Assembly: GCA_964617735.1 (NCBI GenBank)
Contig: CAZTXT010000001.1
Coordinates: 331,589-395,588 of the forward strand
From: an uncultured Candidatus Saccharibacteria bacterium
GTDB lineage: Bacteria; Patescibacteriota; Minisyncoccia; Phycocordibacterales; DSPV01
Length of the DNA stretch: 64,000 nt
Direction: 5' to 3'
This document shows positions 36,269 to 46,439 of the stretch, one piece after another. A model generated the notes under the pieces. That model did no database searches and had not been told where the DNA came from. It saw only the letters and a list, made by a program, of their open reading frames with translations. Both the position numbers and the translations under genes were made by a program. Numbering within the stretch: position 1 is the stretch's first letter; the number at the start of each line of letters is the position of its first letter.

Positions 36269-36739
36269 TTAAGTAGTTTTTACCCGGAGCTTCGTCTGCC
36301 TGCCTTTATCTACTTTCGGCAAACGAATGATGAGAAGCCCGTGCTTTTCTATCGCTTCCGCTTCCTCGACTTCGATTTCCTGCGGCAGGACTATCGTGCG
36401 TGAAAAAGTCCCCCAGTAGAGTTCCTTGAAGAAGAAGTTGTCTTCGGTAACTTCGTTAGCAGCCTCGCGCGTGCCTTTTATCGTGACCATATCGCGCGTT
36501 ATCGAAATGTCGAGATCCTCGGGTCGCACGCCGGCCACCATCGTTTTAATGACGATATCCTCCGGTGTTTGATACACATCAACACCCAATTGGCCGGTCT
36601 CTCCATTCTCGTCTTCTTCCGCCCAGCCATTTTTCTGTGGTTGAAGAATGACTTTCGAATTTTCAGCGGCTTCTTCGGCCTCCGCAAGATTGACGGCTCC
36701 GGTCAATCGTTCAAAAAAAGATCGTTTTCCTTTAGCCAT
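36269..36739 (-). CDS. Small heat-shock protein (Hsp20/alpha-crystallin family)
   Basis: Alpha-crystallin domain '...DVYQTPEDIVIKTMVAGVRPEDLDISI...LPKV'. Confidence 0.85.
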   Translation of the reverse strand: MAKGKRSFFERLTGAVNLAEAEEAAENSKVILQPQKNGWAEEDENGETGQLGVDVYQTPEDIVIKTMVAGVRPEDLDISITRDMVTIKGTREAANEVTEDNFFFKELYWGTFSRTIVLPQEIEVEEAEAIEKHGLLIIRLPKVDKGRQTKLRVKTT

Positions 36740-36749
36740 AGTTGTGTGG

Positions 36750-37463
36750 TTATGAGTAATCCTTGGTAGGGTGGATCTTTTTCACTTTTTCCAAGAGCAG
36801 TATGATAACGATGATCGCGATCCAAACCAGTGAAGATACCAGAAGATTATTCTCACCCATCATTATAGATAAGTTGAATGCCGCGTGCAATACGAATGCG
36901 AGGATAAGTCCGAAGGCTATATGAAGATATTTTGAAACGCGATTCTTGTAGAACGCAAGGGCCATTGAAATGCCCATCGCCGATGACGCACCGATATGCA
37001 GGAGTGTGGGGCCCAAGAAGCGTTCTACGCCGACGAGAATAGTAGCGCTGGTCGCGAAACCGTGGGAAAGGGGATTGAAGATGAAGAGCGTATTCTCTAC
37101 CGCCGCGAAACCGAGCGCTGTGGTAACGAGATAAATAACGTAGTCGATCGGCTCATCGACCTCCTTTCTCCAGAGCACGATGACCGCTGCCGCCGTGAGT
37201 TTCCCAACCTCTTCGATGAGAGACCAGAGGATGATCCATGCGGTTTGATTCTGTAAGTTCTCATAGACGATCGTTTCGAGTTTAAGCACGGGGATGACCA
37301 TGAGCATCCCGGTTGCAAATGTCAGGAACAAAAGCCGCTTCGGTTCAGGATGTTTCCGGTCTTCTTCGAGCCAGAAGAGAAGCCAAATGAGCGCCGGCAG
37401 AATGCCGCCGAGTGCCGAGATCAAGACTTGTTGCGAGAACATCATGCGATTGTACGAGGCCAC
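36750..37463 (-). CDS. PrsW-like intramembrane metalloprotease
   Basis: Multi-TM protein with an 'EEVGK' motif and 'FxxxH'/'HAAFN' motifs consistent with PrsW. Confidence 0.5.
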   Translation of the reverse strand: MASYNRMMFSQQVLISALGGILPALIWLLFWLEEDRKHPEPKRLLFLTFATGMLMVIPVLKLETIVYENLQNQTAWIILWSLIEEVGKLTAAAVIVLWRKEVDEPIDYVIYLVTTALGFAAVENTLFIFNPLSHGFATSATILVGVERFLGPTLLHIGASSAMGISMALAFYKNRVSKYLHIAFGLILAFVLHAAFNLSIMMGENNLLVSSLVWIAIIVIILLLEKVKKIHPTKDYS

Positions 37464-39718
37464 GACCGAGCTATCAGCAGCGTCTTTTCTTCTCTAGGAG
37501 CGTTTTTTGCGAGGACCGACCATAACTCCTCGGTGATAAAAGGCATAAAAGGGTGGAGTAAGATAAGTATATCGATAAGTGTCTCGCGCAGAAAGTGGCG
37601 GCGTGAACTCTGTTCGAGCGCTGTTCCGTTTCCGAGGACCAGCTTGCTTTCTTCGAGGATCTTGTCTGCGAACGTATGCCATACGTACTGATAGAGCTTG
37701 TCCGCAGCAAGGTGCAGTCGGTACTGCTGCATATCTTCAGTCACATCGGCGATCAGCGCATCGAATTCCGCGCGTAGCTTAAGGTCAGTCTCGCTTTCTT
37801 CTGACCTCGGCTCGGAGGAAGGGGCGTTGTGCAGCACGAACCGTGTGATATTCCAGAGCTTGTTGGCGAAATGCTTGTACGCTTTCAATTTTTCTTCTGA
37901 TAGCTTTGAATCGTTCCCCGGCCCGGTCCCTATGATAAGGCTCATGCGCATCGCGTCGGCGCCGTACTTGGCGATGATCTCTTGAGGATCGATATTGTTG
38001 CCCAGCGACTTGCTGATCTTGTTCCCGTTTTTATCGCGCACAAGCCCATGCAGATAGACCGTTTCAAAGGGAATGTCGCCGAGCAGGTAAGTGCTCATCA
38101 GTATCATGCGGGCAACCCAGAAGAATAAGATATCGTAGCCGGTTTCGAGCACTGTCATCGGATGGTATCTTTCTAAGTCGGCAGTCTCCTCGGGCCATCC
38201 TAAGGTCGAGAATGTCCAGAGACCCGATGAGAACCACGTATCGAGCGTGTCCGGGTCTTGCTCCCAACCTTCTCCTTCTGGTTTTTCGATCCCGCAGTAC
38301 ACTTCCTGTCCACTCTTGCCATCGGCGCTTCGATACCAGACCGGAATCCGATGTCCGTACCAGATCTGTCGAGAGATGCACCAATCCCTCAAGTTTTCTG
38401 CCCAATGGAAATATACTTTCTCGAAACGCTCGGGGACGATCCGTATCTGCCCGTTTTTTACTGGAGCGAGGATGAGTTCTTTGAGCGAGACCTGCTGTCC
38501 CTTTTTGATACCCTTGATCTTTTCGCTTTGATTCTTGAATTTCTTGTTGACGTCGATGAACCATTGGAGCTTGGGCAGCGGTTCGACGATGCCGCCGGTC
38601 CGCTCGGCTGTGGCCACGTTGTGCTCTATCGCTTCCTGTTTTTCTATGAGTCCTTCTTTGGTAAGCCAGTCGACGACGATGCTCCGTGCTTCCGATGCTT
38701 TCTTCCCCTGCAGGGCTTCGGAGGTGACAGCCATGCGTGCATATTCATCTATAACGGGAACGAGCGGCAAGTGATGGCGCGCGGCTATTTCCCAGTCAGC
38801 CACTGAATGGGCTGGGGTTACCCCGACTGCGCCGGTGCCGAACGCCGGATCTACTGCCTCGTCCGCGACAATCTTTAGGTGCAGCATCTCGCCCGCGAAT
38901 CGCACGTCGAATTCCTTGCCGACGAATTTCTGGTACCGCTTATCCGAAGGATGCACTGCAACGGCAGTGTCCCCAACCTTCGTTTCGGGACGGGTCGTGG
39001 CGATTGCGATCGGGAAATCTTTCGAATATCTGAAGGTATAGAGCGTGGTCTTCTCCGGCTGATAAATGATCTCGTCGTCGGAAATAGTGGTCTGACCTTT
39101 CGGGTCCCAGTTGACGATCCGATATCCACGATAGATCAAGCCGCTTTCATAGAGGCGTTTGAATGCAGTGCGCACCGCGAGGCTCCTCTTTTCGTCGAGT
39201 GTGAATGCTTCGCGACTCCAGTCTATCGAACAACCAGTCTTTCTGATCTGCCCGATGATAGCATCGTGACTTTCCGTGGCGAACGCCTCCACGCGCTTGA
39301 GGAATGCTTCCCGTCCAATATCATGACGGCGCTTGTGTTCTTCTTTATAGAGCATAGTCTCGACCTTTGCCTGCGTCGCTATAGCTGCATGGTCGGTTCC
39401 CGGTATCCAGAGTGTCGGACGCCCCTGCATTCGCGCAAAACGCACCATGACATCTTCGATAGCGAGCATGAACGCCGAGCCCATATGGAGGCTGCCGGTT
39501 ACGTTGGGGGGAGGTAAAACCATCGCAAAAGGAGGGCGCGAGAGGTCGGCGACCCCGTCCTTGATGCACTGCTCGGGATTGAAATAACCGCTTTTCTCCC
39601 AGAGCTGGTAGATCCGATTTTCGACTTCGGAAGGGTTATAGGGTTTGAGCAGACGCTCGTCTATATCGGCGGCCCCTGCTCGTTTCTCTGGCTCTGGCAT
39701 GATGTTGTATAGTAGCAA
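37442..39718 (-). CDS. valS: Valyl-tRNA synthetase (short form lacking the C-terminal coiled coil)
   Basis: 'PPPNVTGSLHMGSAF' HIGH region and 'KISKSLGN' KMSKS motif. Confidence 0.9.
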   Translation of the reverse strand: MLLYNIMPEPEKRAGAADIDERLLKPYNPSEVENRIYQLWEKSGYFNPEQCIKDGVADLSRPPFAMVLPPPNVTGSLHMGSAFMLAIEDVMVRFARMQGRPTLWIPGTDHAAIATQAKVETMLYKEEHKRRHDIGREAFLKRVEAFATESHDAIIGQIRKTGCSIDWSREAFTLDEKRSLAVRTAFKRLYESGLIYRGYRIVNWDPKGQTTISDDEIIYQPEKTTLYTFRYSKDFPIAIATTRPETKVGDTAVAVHPSDKRYQKFVGKEFDVRFAGEMLHLKIVADEAVDPAFGTGAVGVTPAHSVADWEIAARHHLPLVPVIDEYARMAVTSEALQGKKASEARSIVVDWLTKEGLIEKQEAIEHNVATAERTGGIVEPLPKLQWFIDVNKKFKNQSEKIKGIKKGQQVSLKELILAPVKNGQIRIVPERFEKVYFHWAENLRDWCISRQIWYGHRIPVWYRSADGKSGQEVYCGIEKPEGEGWEQDPDTLDTWFSSGLWTFSTLGWPEETADLERYHPMTVLETGYDILFFWVARMILMSTYLLGDIPFETVYLHGLVRDKNGNKISKSLGNNIDPQEIIAKYGADAMRMSLIIGTGPGNDSKLSEEKLKAYKHFANKLWNITRFVLHNAPSSEPRSEESETDLKLRAEFDALIADVTEDMQQYRLHLAADKLYQYVWHTFADKILEESKLVLGNGTALEQSSRRHFLRETLIDILILLHPFMPFITEELWSVLAKNAPREEKTLLIARSWPRTIA

Positions 39719-39750
39719 ACTGAAGGGCTGTTTTCAAAAAAGAAAGATAA

Positions 39751-39784
39751 AAGAAAAAGGCGCCGTCGCGTGCGACGGCGCCTT
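39751..39784 (-). terminator. Rho-independent terminator downstream of tsaD (GC stem 'ggcgccgtcgc'/'gcgacggcgcc', T-run on the minus strand)
   Basis: Seen in 'aagaaaaaggcgccgtcgcgtgcgacggcgcctt'. Confidence 0.55.
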
Positions 39785-39931
39785 GGCCTGCAGGCAAGCG
39801 CCTCTTATAGTCAGTGAATCCCCTTAGTATGGGATCTTGGTTTAGTCGAGTTATTTTGCAAACTCGTACGGCGATGCCAGGCGGACCTTAGATACACCTG
39901 ATGGATCATTGTAGGCGGGCGGCGGAGTTTG

Positions 39932-41098
39932 TCAAGCGTGCAGTTTGAGATTTCCCTGTGCGCGAATCTCGGGATTTTGGTGCAAAGTCGAGGGTATGCA
40001 GTGCAGGTATCCGGCGGCCGCGATCATGGTCGCGTTGTCAGTTGAGTGTTTAAACTGCGGCACAAACAGTTTCACTTCGGGCATTTCTTTGAGGAGCCGT
40101 GCAAATGAATTTCTTAACCATTCGTTTGCGACAACGCCACCTCCGATGACGAGGCTTTTAGCGCCATATTCGACGATCGCGCGCCTAGTTTTTTCTACGA
40201 GCACTTGTGTGACCGCGTCTTCGAATTCGCGTGCAATGGCGGCTTTTTGTTCATAAGAGAGCACACCGAGCTTTCTCATCTGGTAGAGCACCGACGTTTT
40301 GATCCCCGAAAATGAGAAATCGTAATCTTTTGAATGTAGCATCGGCCGCGGCAGAGCAAAGACCATCGGAAGGTCCCTTTCGCGTGCTTCTTTCGCCAGT
40401 CGCGAGATCTGGGGACCACCGGGGTAGGGGAGGTTCAGCAAGCGCGCAACCTTGTCGAATGCTTCACCGACCGCATCGTCGTGCGTTTGTCCGATGAGAG
40501 AATAGTGCAGAAGGTCTCTGATCGCTATCAATTCCGTATGGCCTCCGGAGATCAGCAATGCGACGGCGGGAGTGACGAGCTCGGTTGTCTCTCGACCGGC
40601 ATCAGGCAAGAGCACTGAAGCGATATGCCCTTCCATATGGTTAGTCGGGATCACGGGAATACTCCAGATCGCACCCAATGCGGTTGCGAAGTTGATGCCA
40701 ACCCAGAGCGCCGGCTCGAGCCCGGGGCCGTGAGTGACCGCGATCGCGTCTATAGGCGGTTTTTCGATCGAGGGAATTGATTCGAGGAATTGTTTGAGCA
40801 ACTCCGGCTCCCGCTTGAGCGTTGCACTGATACGCTTAGTATCGTAGACATGCGGTGATGGAGAGATGGTAAGCCATCCTGCTTTGATGAGGAGTTCTTT
40901 GAAGAGCGGTATGAGATTTTTGGCATGCTCGCGCTTTGCCATCATAGGGAACACGCCGCCGAACGGTTTATGGGTTTCTATCTGGGAATGCACGACTTCC
41001 GCGCGCACCGTAAAATGCGGTTTGGGAAGTTGACCGGCACCTTCAAGCAATGCCAGCGCGGTCTCGTCGCAGGATGTTTCTATTCCTAAGATTTTCAT
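39932..41098 (-). CDS. tsaD: tRNA N6-adenosine threonylcarbamoyltransferase TsaD (Kae1 family)
   Basis: 'MKILGIETSCDETALALL' N-terminus. Start placed at the internal Met 13 codons into the longer ORF. Confidence 0.85.
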   Translation of the reverse strand: MKILGIETSCDETALALLEGAGQLPKPHFTVRAEVVHSQIETHKPFGGVFPMMAKREHAKNLIPLFKELLIKAGWLTISPSPHVYDTKRISATLKREPELLKQFLESIPSIEKPPIDAIAVTHGPGLEPALWVGINFATALGAIWSIPVIPTNHMEGHIASVLLPDAGRETTELVTPAVALLISGGHTELIAIRDLLHYSLIGQTHDDAVGEAFDKVARLLNLPYPGGPQISRLAKEARERDLPMVFALPRPMLHSKDYDFSFSGIKTSVLYQMRKLGVLSYEQKAAIAREFEDAVTQVLVEKTRRAIVEYGAKSLVIGGGVVANEWLRNSFARLLKEMPEVKLFVPQFKHSTDNATMIAAAGYLHCIPSTLHQNPEIRAQGNLKLHA

Positions 41099-41199
41099 GG
41101 CGTTTGTTACTCTACCGCGCGTTTTTTGCAAATGCAATTAATAGCAGGATTGCTGTAAATATATTCTAGATGTAATATGAGTATGAAAACGTTCTTTTC

Positions 41200-41529
41200 A
41201 TGAGCGTCAAACGAGAAAGGATAGTTATGGATATCTATATTCCTATTCCTACTAAAGAAGAGGCAGGTGAGTTATGGCAGGAGGTCGAGACCTTGCGGAG
41301 GAATCTCGACGAGGTGCTCAAACATCCGGGCGAATTTGTCCTGATCAAGGGTGATGACATCATTGGTTACTATAAGGATTTCAAGGCGTGCATGGAGGAG
41401 GGTTATAGGCGATTCCTGAATGAGGTCTTTATGGCGCAATCGGTGGATGCAATTACAAATCCAATCATCCATCGTTTGGGTGCGCGGTCCTTTTTACCGC
41501 CTAAACATTTTGAAGCCCCGCCCGCGTGA
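41200..41529 (+). CDS. Hypothetical protein (109 aa)
   Basis: ORF followed by the terminator at 41554-41587. Confidence 0.4.
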   Translation: MSVKRERIVMDIYIPIPTKEEAGELWQEVETLRRNLDEVLKHPGEFVLIKGDDIIGYYKDFKACMEEGYRRFLNEVFMAQSVDAITNPIIHRLGARSFLPPKHFEAPPA

Positions 41530-41553
41530 CTCTTTTTCACGGCGTTATCGTAC

Positions 41554-41587
41554 AAAGCGGCGACCTTTGGTCGCCGCTTTTATATTC
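41554..41587. terminator. Bidirectional rho-independent terminator
   Basis: 'aaagcggcgacc-tttg-gtcgccgcttt' followed by tatatt, between convergent genes. Confidence 0.6.
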
Positions 41588-42338
41588 AGTATCCCTCGAT
41601 GAGACGCTCCAGTGTTTCCAGTTGTTCCGGGGTGTTCGCTCCGAGCGCGGTCATGGGGTCGATCGAGACACTAGTGATGGGCTCACCGTGTCTGCGCGCC
41701 ATTTCCGGCAGGGCCGTCAGATAGTATTCGCCCTGGGCATTGTCGGTGTCCAAGAGCTTCAGGGCATTCCACAGCCACGATGCGCGGAAGCAGAAATAGG
41801 AAGGATTTACCTCGGTTATCAGAAGTTCTTTTTCATTTGCATCTTTAGTTTCGACGATGCGCTCCACGTCTCCTTCGGCGTTTCGTATGATACGCCCGAA
41901 GTCTTTAAACGATGCCCGCCAGCCATCGAAATCTTCGAGGGGAACGGTTGCCATAGTGATCGGGGACTGTTTGGCAAGGTGCGCTTCGGCGATGCGGTTT
42001 ATCGTCTCGGTATTCATCAGCGGATGATCTCCGTAGAGTACCATGATGTGTTCAGCTACTCCTCGGAGGGATTTTTCGGCACAGAGCACGGCGTGCCCCG
42101 TACCAAGTTGTTCCGACTGCAGTACATAGTGGTATTCAGGGCCGCAGGCAGCTTTCACCTGCTCGCTCTCGACGCCAACGATGATCGTTGCTGGTTTTGA
42201 GACTCGTGCGGGTGTGAGCGCCTCAAGAAGATGCGTTATCAGCGATTTTCCGCGCATCGGCAGAAGCACTTTGGGCAATTCAGAGCGCATCCGCTTGCCC
42301 TTTCCTGCGGCTAAGATGATTGGTTTGATTGAATCCAT
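41586..42338 (-). CDS. Sugar-1-phosphate nucleotidyltransferase (GlmU N-terminal uridyltransferase-like domain only)
   Basis: 'ILAAGKGKRMRSELPKVLLPMRGKSL' and 'EQLGTGHAV' motifs, 250 aa, no acetyltransferase hexapeptide domain. Confidence 0.7.
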   Translation of the reverse strand: MDSIKPIILAAGKGKRMRSELPKVLLPMRGKSLITHLLEALTPARVSKPATIIVGVESEQVKAACGPEYHYVLQSEQLGTGHAVLCAEKSLRGVAEHIMVLYGDHPLMNTETINRIAEAHLAKQSPITMATVPLEDFDGWRASFKDFGRIIRNAEGDVERIVETKDANEKELLITEVNPSYFCFRASWLWNALKLLDTDNAQGEYYLTALPEMARRHGEPITSVSIDPMTALGANTPEQLETLERLIEGY

Positions 42339-42342
42339 TTTG

Positions 42343-42364
42343 GTGCGCGGTGAGGGACTTGGTC
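42343..42364. repeat. Direct duplicate of the tRNA-Val 3' end (att-like remnant)
   Basis: 'tggtgcgcggtgagggacttgg' vs 'tgtgcgcggtgagggacttga' at 42491-42511. Confidence 0.6.
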
Positions 42365-42493
42365 ACCCATAATCTTCTGGTGAAGATTTGTGCGACCCCG
42401 CCTCGCGCGCCGTCGCGCTCCGGCTTTCAAGTCCCGGATGAAGCTTACTAATGCCCCCTCGGACAGCCATCTGGCTGTCCTCGCGGATCATTG

Positions 42494-42566
42494 TGCGCGG
42501 TGAGGGACTTGAACCCCCGACCCTCCCTACGTCAAAGGGATGCTCTACCAACTGAGCTAACCGCGC
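42494..42566 (-). tRNA. tRNA-Val(GAC), no encoded CCA
   Basis: Minus-strand read 'gcgcggttagctcagttggtagagcatccctttGACgtagggagggtcgggggttcaagtccctcaccgcgca'. Confidence 0.85.
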
Positions 42567-42608
42567 ATTTTGTTATCAAACCGCACGTTCGAATCAGGAG
42601 CTATCCTA

Positions 42609-43034
42609 TCACAAATTCTTTAACTCAAACAAGACGTTATGAAAGAACTCTTTGTCTCTAGGGTGGGTCAGTAACGCCGAAACATCTTCTTTGTTGACCC
42701 AGCGAGCTTCCGGGTTGTCCGGGTCTTGCGGTGCAAGCTTGATCTGCGTGGTCTTGAACAAGAACATATGGATGAGCTTGAGCTCATTTTTATCTTCGCC
42801 TCCGTCTTTCCCGATCTTATACCGCTTGTAACTCCCGAGCGCCTTTATGAACGTGACTTCATTGATTCCGCTTTCTTCACCGATCTCGCGCTTCGCCGCC
42901 GAAAGGGCATCCTCGCCCTCGTCGATGTGTCCTTTAGGCAGAGACCATGAATTGCCATGCTGACTTACAACCAGAATCTCTCCGTTGGGATTCACTACCA
43001 CCCCGCCCGCAGATTTTGTTTCTCGCGAGTACAT
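42609..43034 (-). CDS. NUDIX hydrolase
   Basis: Nudix box 'GHIDEGEDALSAAKREIGEESGI'. Confidence 0.8.
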   Translation of the reverse strand: MYSRETKSAGGVVVNPNGEILVVSQHGNSWSLPKGHIDEGEDALSAAKREIGEESGINEVTFIKALGSYKRYKIGKDGGEDKNELKLIHMFLFKTTQIKLAPQDPDNPEARWVNKEDVSALLTHPRDKEFFHNVLFELKNL

Positions 43035-43071
43035 CAGAGCTTCTTTATGGGCGAGATTGGATTGATTCGTC

Positions 43072-43377
43072 TCATTTTTTAGCTCTTCTTTTGAGTACAG
43101 ACTTCTGCGAAGGACTCAATGCCTTATCTGTTCGATGAGTGCAACCATACCAACAACACGGACGGCGCATCCCTTCCTTTAGTTCCGAGATAACCCTGTC
43201 GACATGCTCTTTCCTTTTCTCTGGAGTCTTAACGGAGATAGTCCAACAAATCCATTCATTGCGGGAAAGTGGTGTAACGTCTTCCCAAGCCTCCAAAGCT
43301 TTAGAATCAGACGACAGCGCTTTCCGCAAGTCTGACGGTAGTTCATGCACTACTCCACTGGAGATTTTTCTGCTCAT
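43072..43377 (-). CDS. YdeI/OmdA-domain protein (hypothetical)
   Basis: 'WEDVTPLSRNEWICWTISVKTPEKRKEHVDRVISELKEG' resembles the OmdA family signature. Confidence 0.45.
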   Translation of the reverse strand: MSRKISSGVVHELPSDLRKALSSDSKALEAWEDVTPLSRNEWICWTISVKTPEKRKEHVDRVISELKEGMRRPCCWYGCTHRTDKALSPSQKSVLKRRAKK

Positions 43378-43634
43378 ACATTCATTATACCAATTCCGAG
43401 GTTCTTGGGTCTGTCGATCTGTCTGCTAGCAGGCAGGTACAAAAGTCTTCGGGTGGAGAGAGTGGGTTAAGTACTAGAGTGGTGAGACACCACAAAGTTA
43501 TTTAGTAGAGTTTTGAGCATTGAAATGATGTGTGTGGGTCAGGTTCGATTTCTGGCTATTTCAAACAATTCTTGGTAGTATCCAGCGCAGACAGCAAACC
43601 ATCAACCAGAAAGGACAACAACGTGGGAGTCAGC

Positions 43635-44015
43635 ATGATTACCGCCCTGGAAATATTCACGAATCCAAGCGACCTTGAAATCACTATCGAGCAGGAGAAG
43701 GAAGGAGCGAAGTTCGCCGTTGGGATCTTCCGTGGCCCCGGCCACAACTTCAAGCCGATGCTCACCTCACAGCCGTTCGCCGAAAAGCTGGAAGACGCTG
43801 TGGAAACGATCAAAAGAACGCTCGAATCAATCCATGAAGCCCTGACAAAGGATTTCGCGGACCGCAAGAGCCTTCCATCGCAATACCTAAATCCTGACGG
43901 TCTGGAAATCGATCAGTCAAAAGTCTTGAATCCCAAGCTGATCGCCCGGATTCTCAACGAGCTTCGGCAACACCGAGTCGCGAGCACCTACAAGATGCTC
44001 GCTTCAGTGGGTTGA
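43635..44015 (+). CDS. Hypothetical protein (about 126 aa)
   Basis: GGGAG Shine-Dalgarno sequence before the internal ATG. No motif recognised. Confidence 0.4.
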   Translation: MITALEIFTNPSDLEITIEQEKEGAKFAVGIFRGPGHNFKPMLTSQPFAEKLEDAVETIKRTLESIHEALTKDFADRKSLPSQYLNPDGLEIDQSKVLNPKLIARILNELRQHRVASTYKMLASVG

Positions 44016-44140
44016 ACAATCCCTACGAACATACAAAGCCAGTAATGCAAAATTGTTACTGGTCTTTTTTTATTCATTTATATGTTTATAGGTTGCCCCA
44101 CCGTCCCAACCACTCGGATCATGCCGATAATATGTTTTAT

Positions 44141-44230
44141 TGGCGGAGGAGGTGAGATTCGAACTCACGAGAGGATTTCTCCCCTACCGCATTTCGAGTG
44201 CGGCGCGTTAGACCACTCTGCCACTCCTCC
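44141..44230 (-). tRNA. tRNA-Ser(CGA), type II, with encoded CCA
   Basis: Minus-strand read 'ggaggagtggcagagtggtctaacgcgccgcactCGAaatgcggtaggggagaaatcctctcgtgagttcgaatctcacctcctccgcca'. Confidence 0.85.
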
Positions 44231-44307
44231 TTCATACTGCACAGACCGAAAGAATATAGCATTTTTTGCGGAATCTTCAAAAAATGTTATTATTTTCCAG
44301 CCGAAGC

Positions 44308-44382
44308 GGCCCTATCGTCTAACGGTTAGGACGTGGGCTTTTCAAGCCTAAAATCCGGGTTCGATTCCCGGTAGGGTCACCA
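44308..44382 (+). tRNA. tRNA-Glu(UUC) with encoded CCA
   Basis: Acceptor GGCCCTA/TAGGGTC, anticodon loop 'ttTTCaa', T-arm CCGGG-TTCGATT-CCCGG. Confidence 0.85.
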
Positions 44383-46084
44383 GTTGGGTTTTATCCCGTT
44401 TGAAATCTTCAGATAGCTTGAAGAGTGGCTGTAATTTTGGTGTTCCATTAACTATCTCGGAGTAGGTCGGAACTTCCTCAAAAAATAAGCTCAATAGGGC
44501 TCGGCGTGACTGCAGATTGTCTGCGTTTGCAATGATTTCTGCGGGGTGTTCCATTATGCGTCGCGCGTAGCTAATAAACCCTTTGATGCTTCTCTCGGTG
44601 ATTTCAATCTGACCGCGTTTGCTTTCTGCCTCCTTAATACGGGCATCAAGCTCGTGCACTTGCTCTTCGAGCATGCGCCGCACTGTCGCATTGTCGGTCA
44701 ACGTAAGTGCATCAAGTTTGCGGACTTGTTCGGCTTTTAAATCTCCAACGTTGTGGCTAATTCGAGAGGACTGTTCAACGATTTCCTTCTCACGTTCGCG
44801 GTATTTTTTAATCAGCTTTTCGTGTAGCTTGTCGATAAAAGATTTATCAAATCGCAAACTGTCCAAATAATTCTTGATATTTTCTTCGAACTCTTTCTTT
44901 GGGACTCTGAAGCCGACATGCGCTCGCTTACTAACTTTTGCGCCGCCGCAATGATAAGCGGGAAACGTCTCACCGGATTTACCTCGAGACGCGCTCCCGA
45001 GGCATTCGGCTCTGCAGTGAGGGCATGGAATCACTTTCCATGGATATAAGGGATTGTCCTTCATTCGCTTCACTTTGCCCCATGGAGTGTAGTTATGAAC
45101 GACTTGAACGGTATTGTCGGCATTTTCTTTAATAAAAATTGCTCCGCGGTTTGCGCGATTAAACTTGTCGATGGAAACGATGCCTGTGAATTGCTGCATC
45201 CGTACGGGTTGGTGCTTTGTCCATTTTTCGTAATTTATTCCCGCATATTCTGTCTGAAGCACGAAACGCTGAAGCTGCTTCACTGTTAAAGATTTGCCCC
45301 CTCTTTTGCCGACGATTTTATAGTTCTCTACGTCACTTCTATCCCAACGCCTGTATGCGCGTGTCTTAAAGCCCTCTGCGTTTAGTTGCTTAACAATTTC
45401 TTTGTCGTCAACGCCAGCCGCTCGCAAGTCAAACATTTTGACGAAGAAATGTGCTCTTTCGGGGTCTGCCTCTCGGACAACGCGCTCTCGTCGGCCAATG
45501 ATAATCTTTTTATTTTTGAGACCGTCAGGAGCACGTCTCCCAGCGTAACCATCACGTACGTAACCAATTTCTGCCCCGACCATTCGCGTAAGGATATCTC
45601 TTGCTTCGGCCTTGCCTCTATGCGCTTCTAGCATCTCGGCTGCTTCACTCGGGTAGAACCTACTCCACTCGTATTCAACTCCAAGATGCTCCAGCGTATT
45701 CTTTTCAGGTTGGATTATTCCGTAGCTATCGCAAATTTGTACGCCGATTTTCGCAAAATCTTTTTTTAGGCGGTCGTATTCTGGGAAACCCTCGCGCGTG
45801 AGGCGGTCGATGGATTTAAAAATATAATACTGGATTGGTCTTGAAGCGTTCTTGCGGTTCCATCCTGAAATAAATTGCTTAATCATTTCGATATCTTCTC
45901 GCTCTGCGGTCGTCGCAGAGTGCGGTTTCTTAAAGACCTTGGCAACATCCCAATTACGACCCTCGGCATAACGACGTCCGATAATTTCTTGGTCTTCCAA
46001 ACTGCTTCCGCCCACTTGGCTGATATCACTCACGCGACAGTCGATTACGCAGTATTCTTTTTTGTCTTCAGTCGCCATACTCAA
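44348..46084 (-). CDS. Large serine recombinase
   Basis: N-terminal 'CVIDCRVSDISQ' catalytic Ser motif, recombinase domain and a Cys-rich zinc ribbon ('CPHCRAEC...YHCGG'). The C-terminus overlaps tRNA-Glu antisense. Confidence 0.85.
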   Translation of the reverse strand: MSMATEDKKEYCVIDCRVSDISQVGGSSLEDQEIIGRRYAEGRNWDVAKVFKKPHSATTAEREDIEMIKQFISGWNRKNASRPIQYYIFKSIDRLTREGFPEYDRLKKDFAKIGVQICDSYGIIQPEKNTLEHLGVEYEWSRFYPSEAAEMLEAHRGKAEARDILTRMVGAEIGYVRDGYAGRRAPDGLKNKKIIIGRRERVVREADPERAHFFVKMFDLRAAGVDDKEIVKQLNAEGFKTRAYRRWDRSDVENYKIVGKRGGKSLTVKQLQRFVLQTEYAGINYEKWTKHQPVRMQQFTGIVSIDKFNRANRGAIFIKENADNTVQVVHNYTPWGKVKRMKDNPLYPWKVIPCPHCRAECLGSASRGKSGETFPAYHCGGAKVSKRAHVGFRVPKKEFEENIKNYLDSLRFDKSFIDKLHEKLIKKYREREKEIVEQSSRISHNVGDLKAEQVRKLDALTLTDNATVRRMLEEQVHELDARIKEAESKRGQIEITERSIKGFISYARRIMEHPAEIIANADNLQSRRALLSLFFEEVPTYSEIVNGTPKLQPLFKLSEDFKRDKTQLVTLPGIEPGF

Positions 46085-46326
46085 ATGTTATCAGTTTCTA
46101 CCGGAAGAGCGGAACCGTTTTTTAGCTCGCGTAGCCACGAGTCGAAAAGCACGTCGGATAGTTGTTCCAACAATAAATCGACCCGTTCGACCGACGGAAA
46201 GTCGCTGCTGCCTTTGATTTCGTCTTTAGGTGCCACAGAAGCCCGCTCATGGCCTTGCAGGTGTCGGGAGAGACCCACAAAGCCATAAAAGGGCTTCGGT
46301 TCTCCCAACTTCTTGAAATGGGGCAA
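46081..46326 (-). CDS. Small protein translationally coupled to the recombinase (possible RDF/excisionase-like)
   Basis: ATGA overlap with the recombinase start. No motif recognised. Confidence 0.3.
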   Translation of the reverse strand: MPHFKKLGEPKPFYGFVGLSRHLQGHERASVAPKDEIKGSSDFPSVERVDLLLEQLSDVLFDSWLRELKNGSALPVETDNI

Positions 46327-46439
46327 TAAAAAAGCCCCGACCTCAAATCGGCATTTCTCAGGCCAGAGCGGACTCTGCGAGAAATAGCCGATTTCCTTGG
46401 CGTGGCTCGCTTTGTCCTGTGGCAGTTAGTCCAATTCTA

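Noticed and set aside
38258-39517. 182-aa and 212-aa plus-strand ORFs
   Set aside because: They are antisense to valS.
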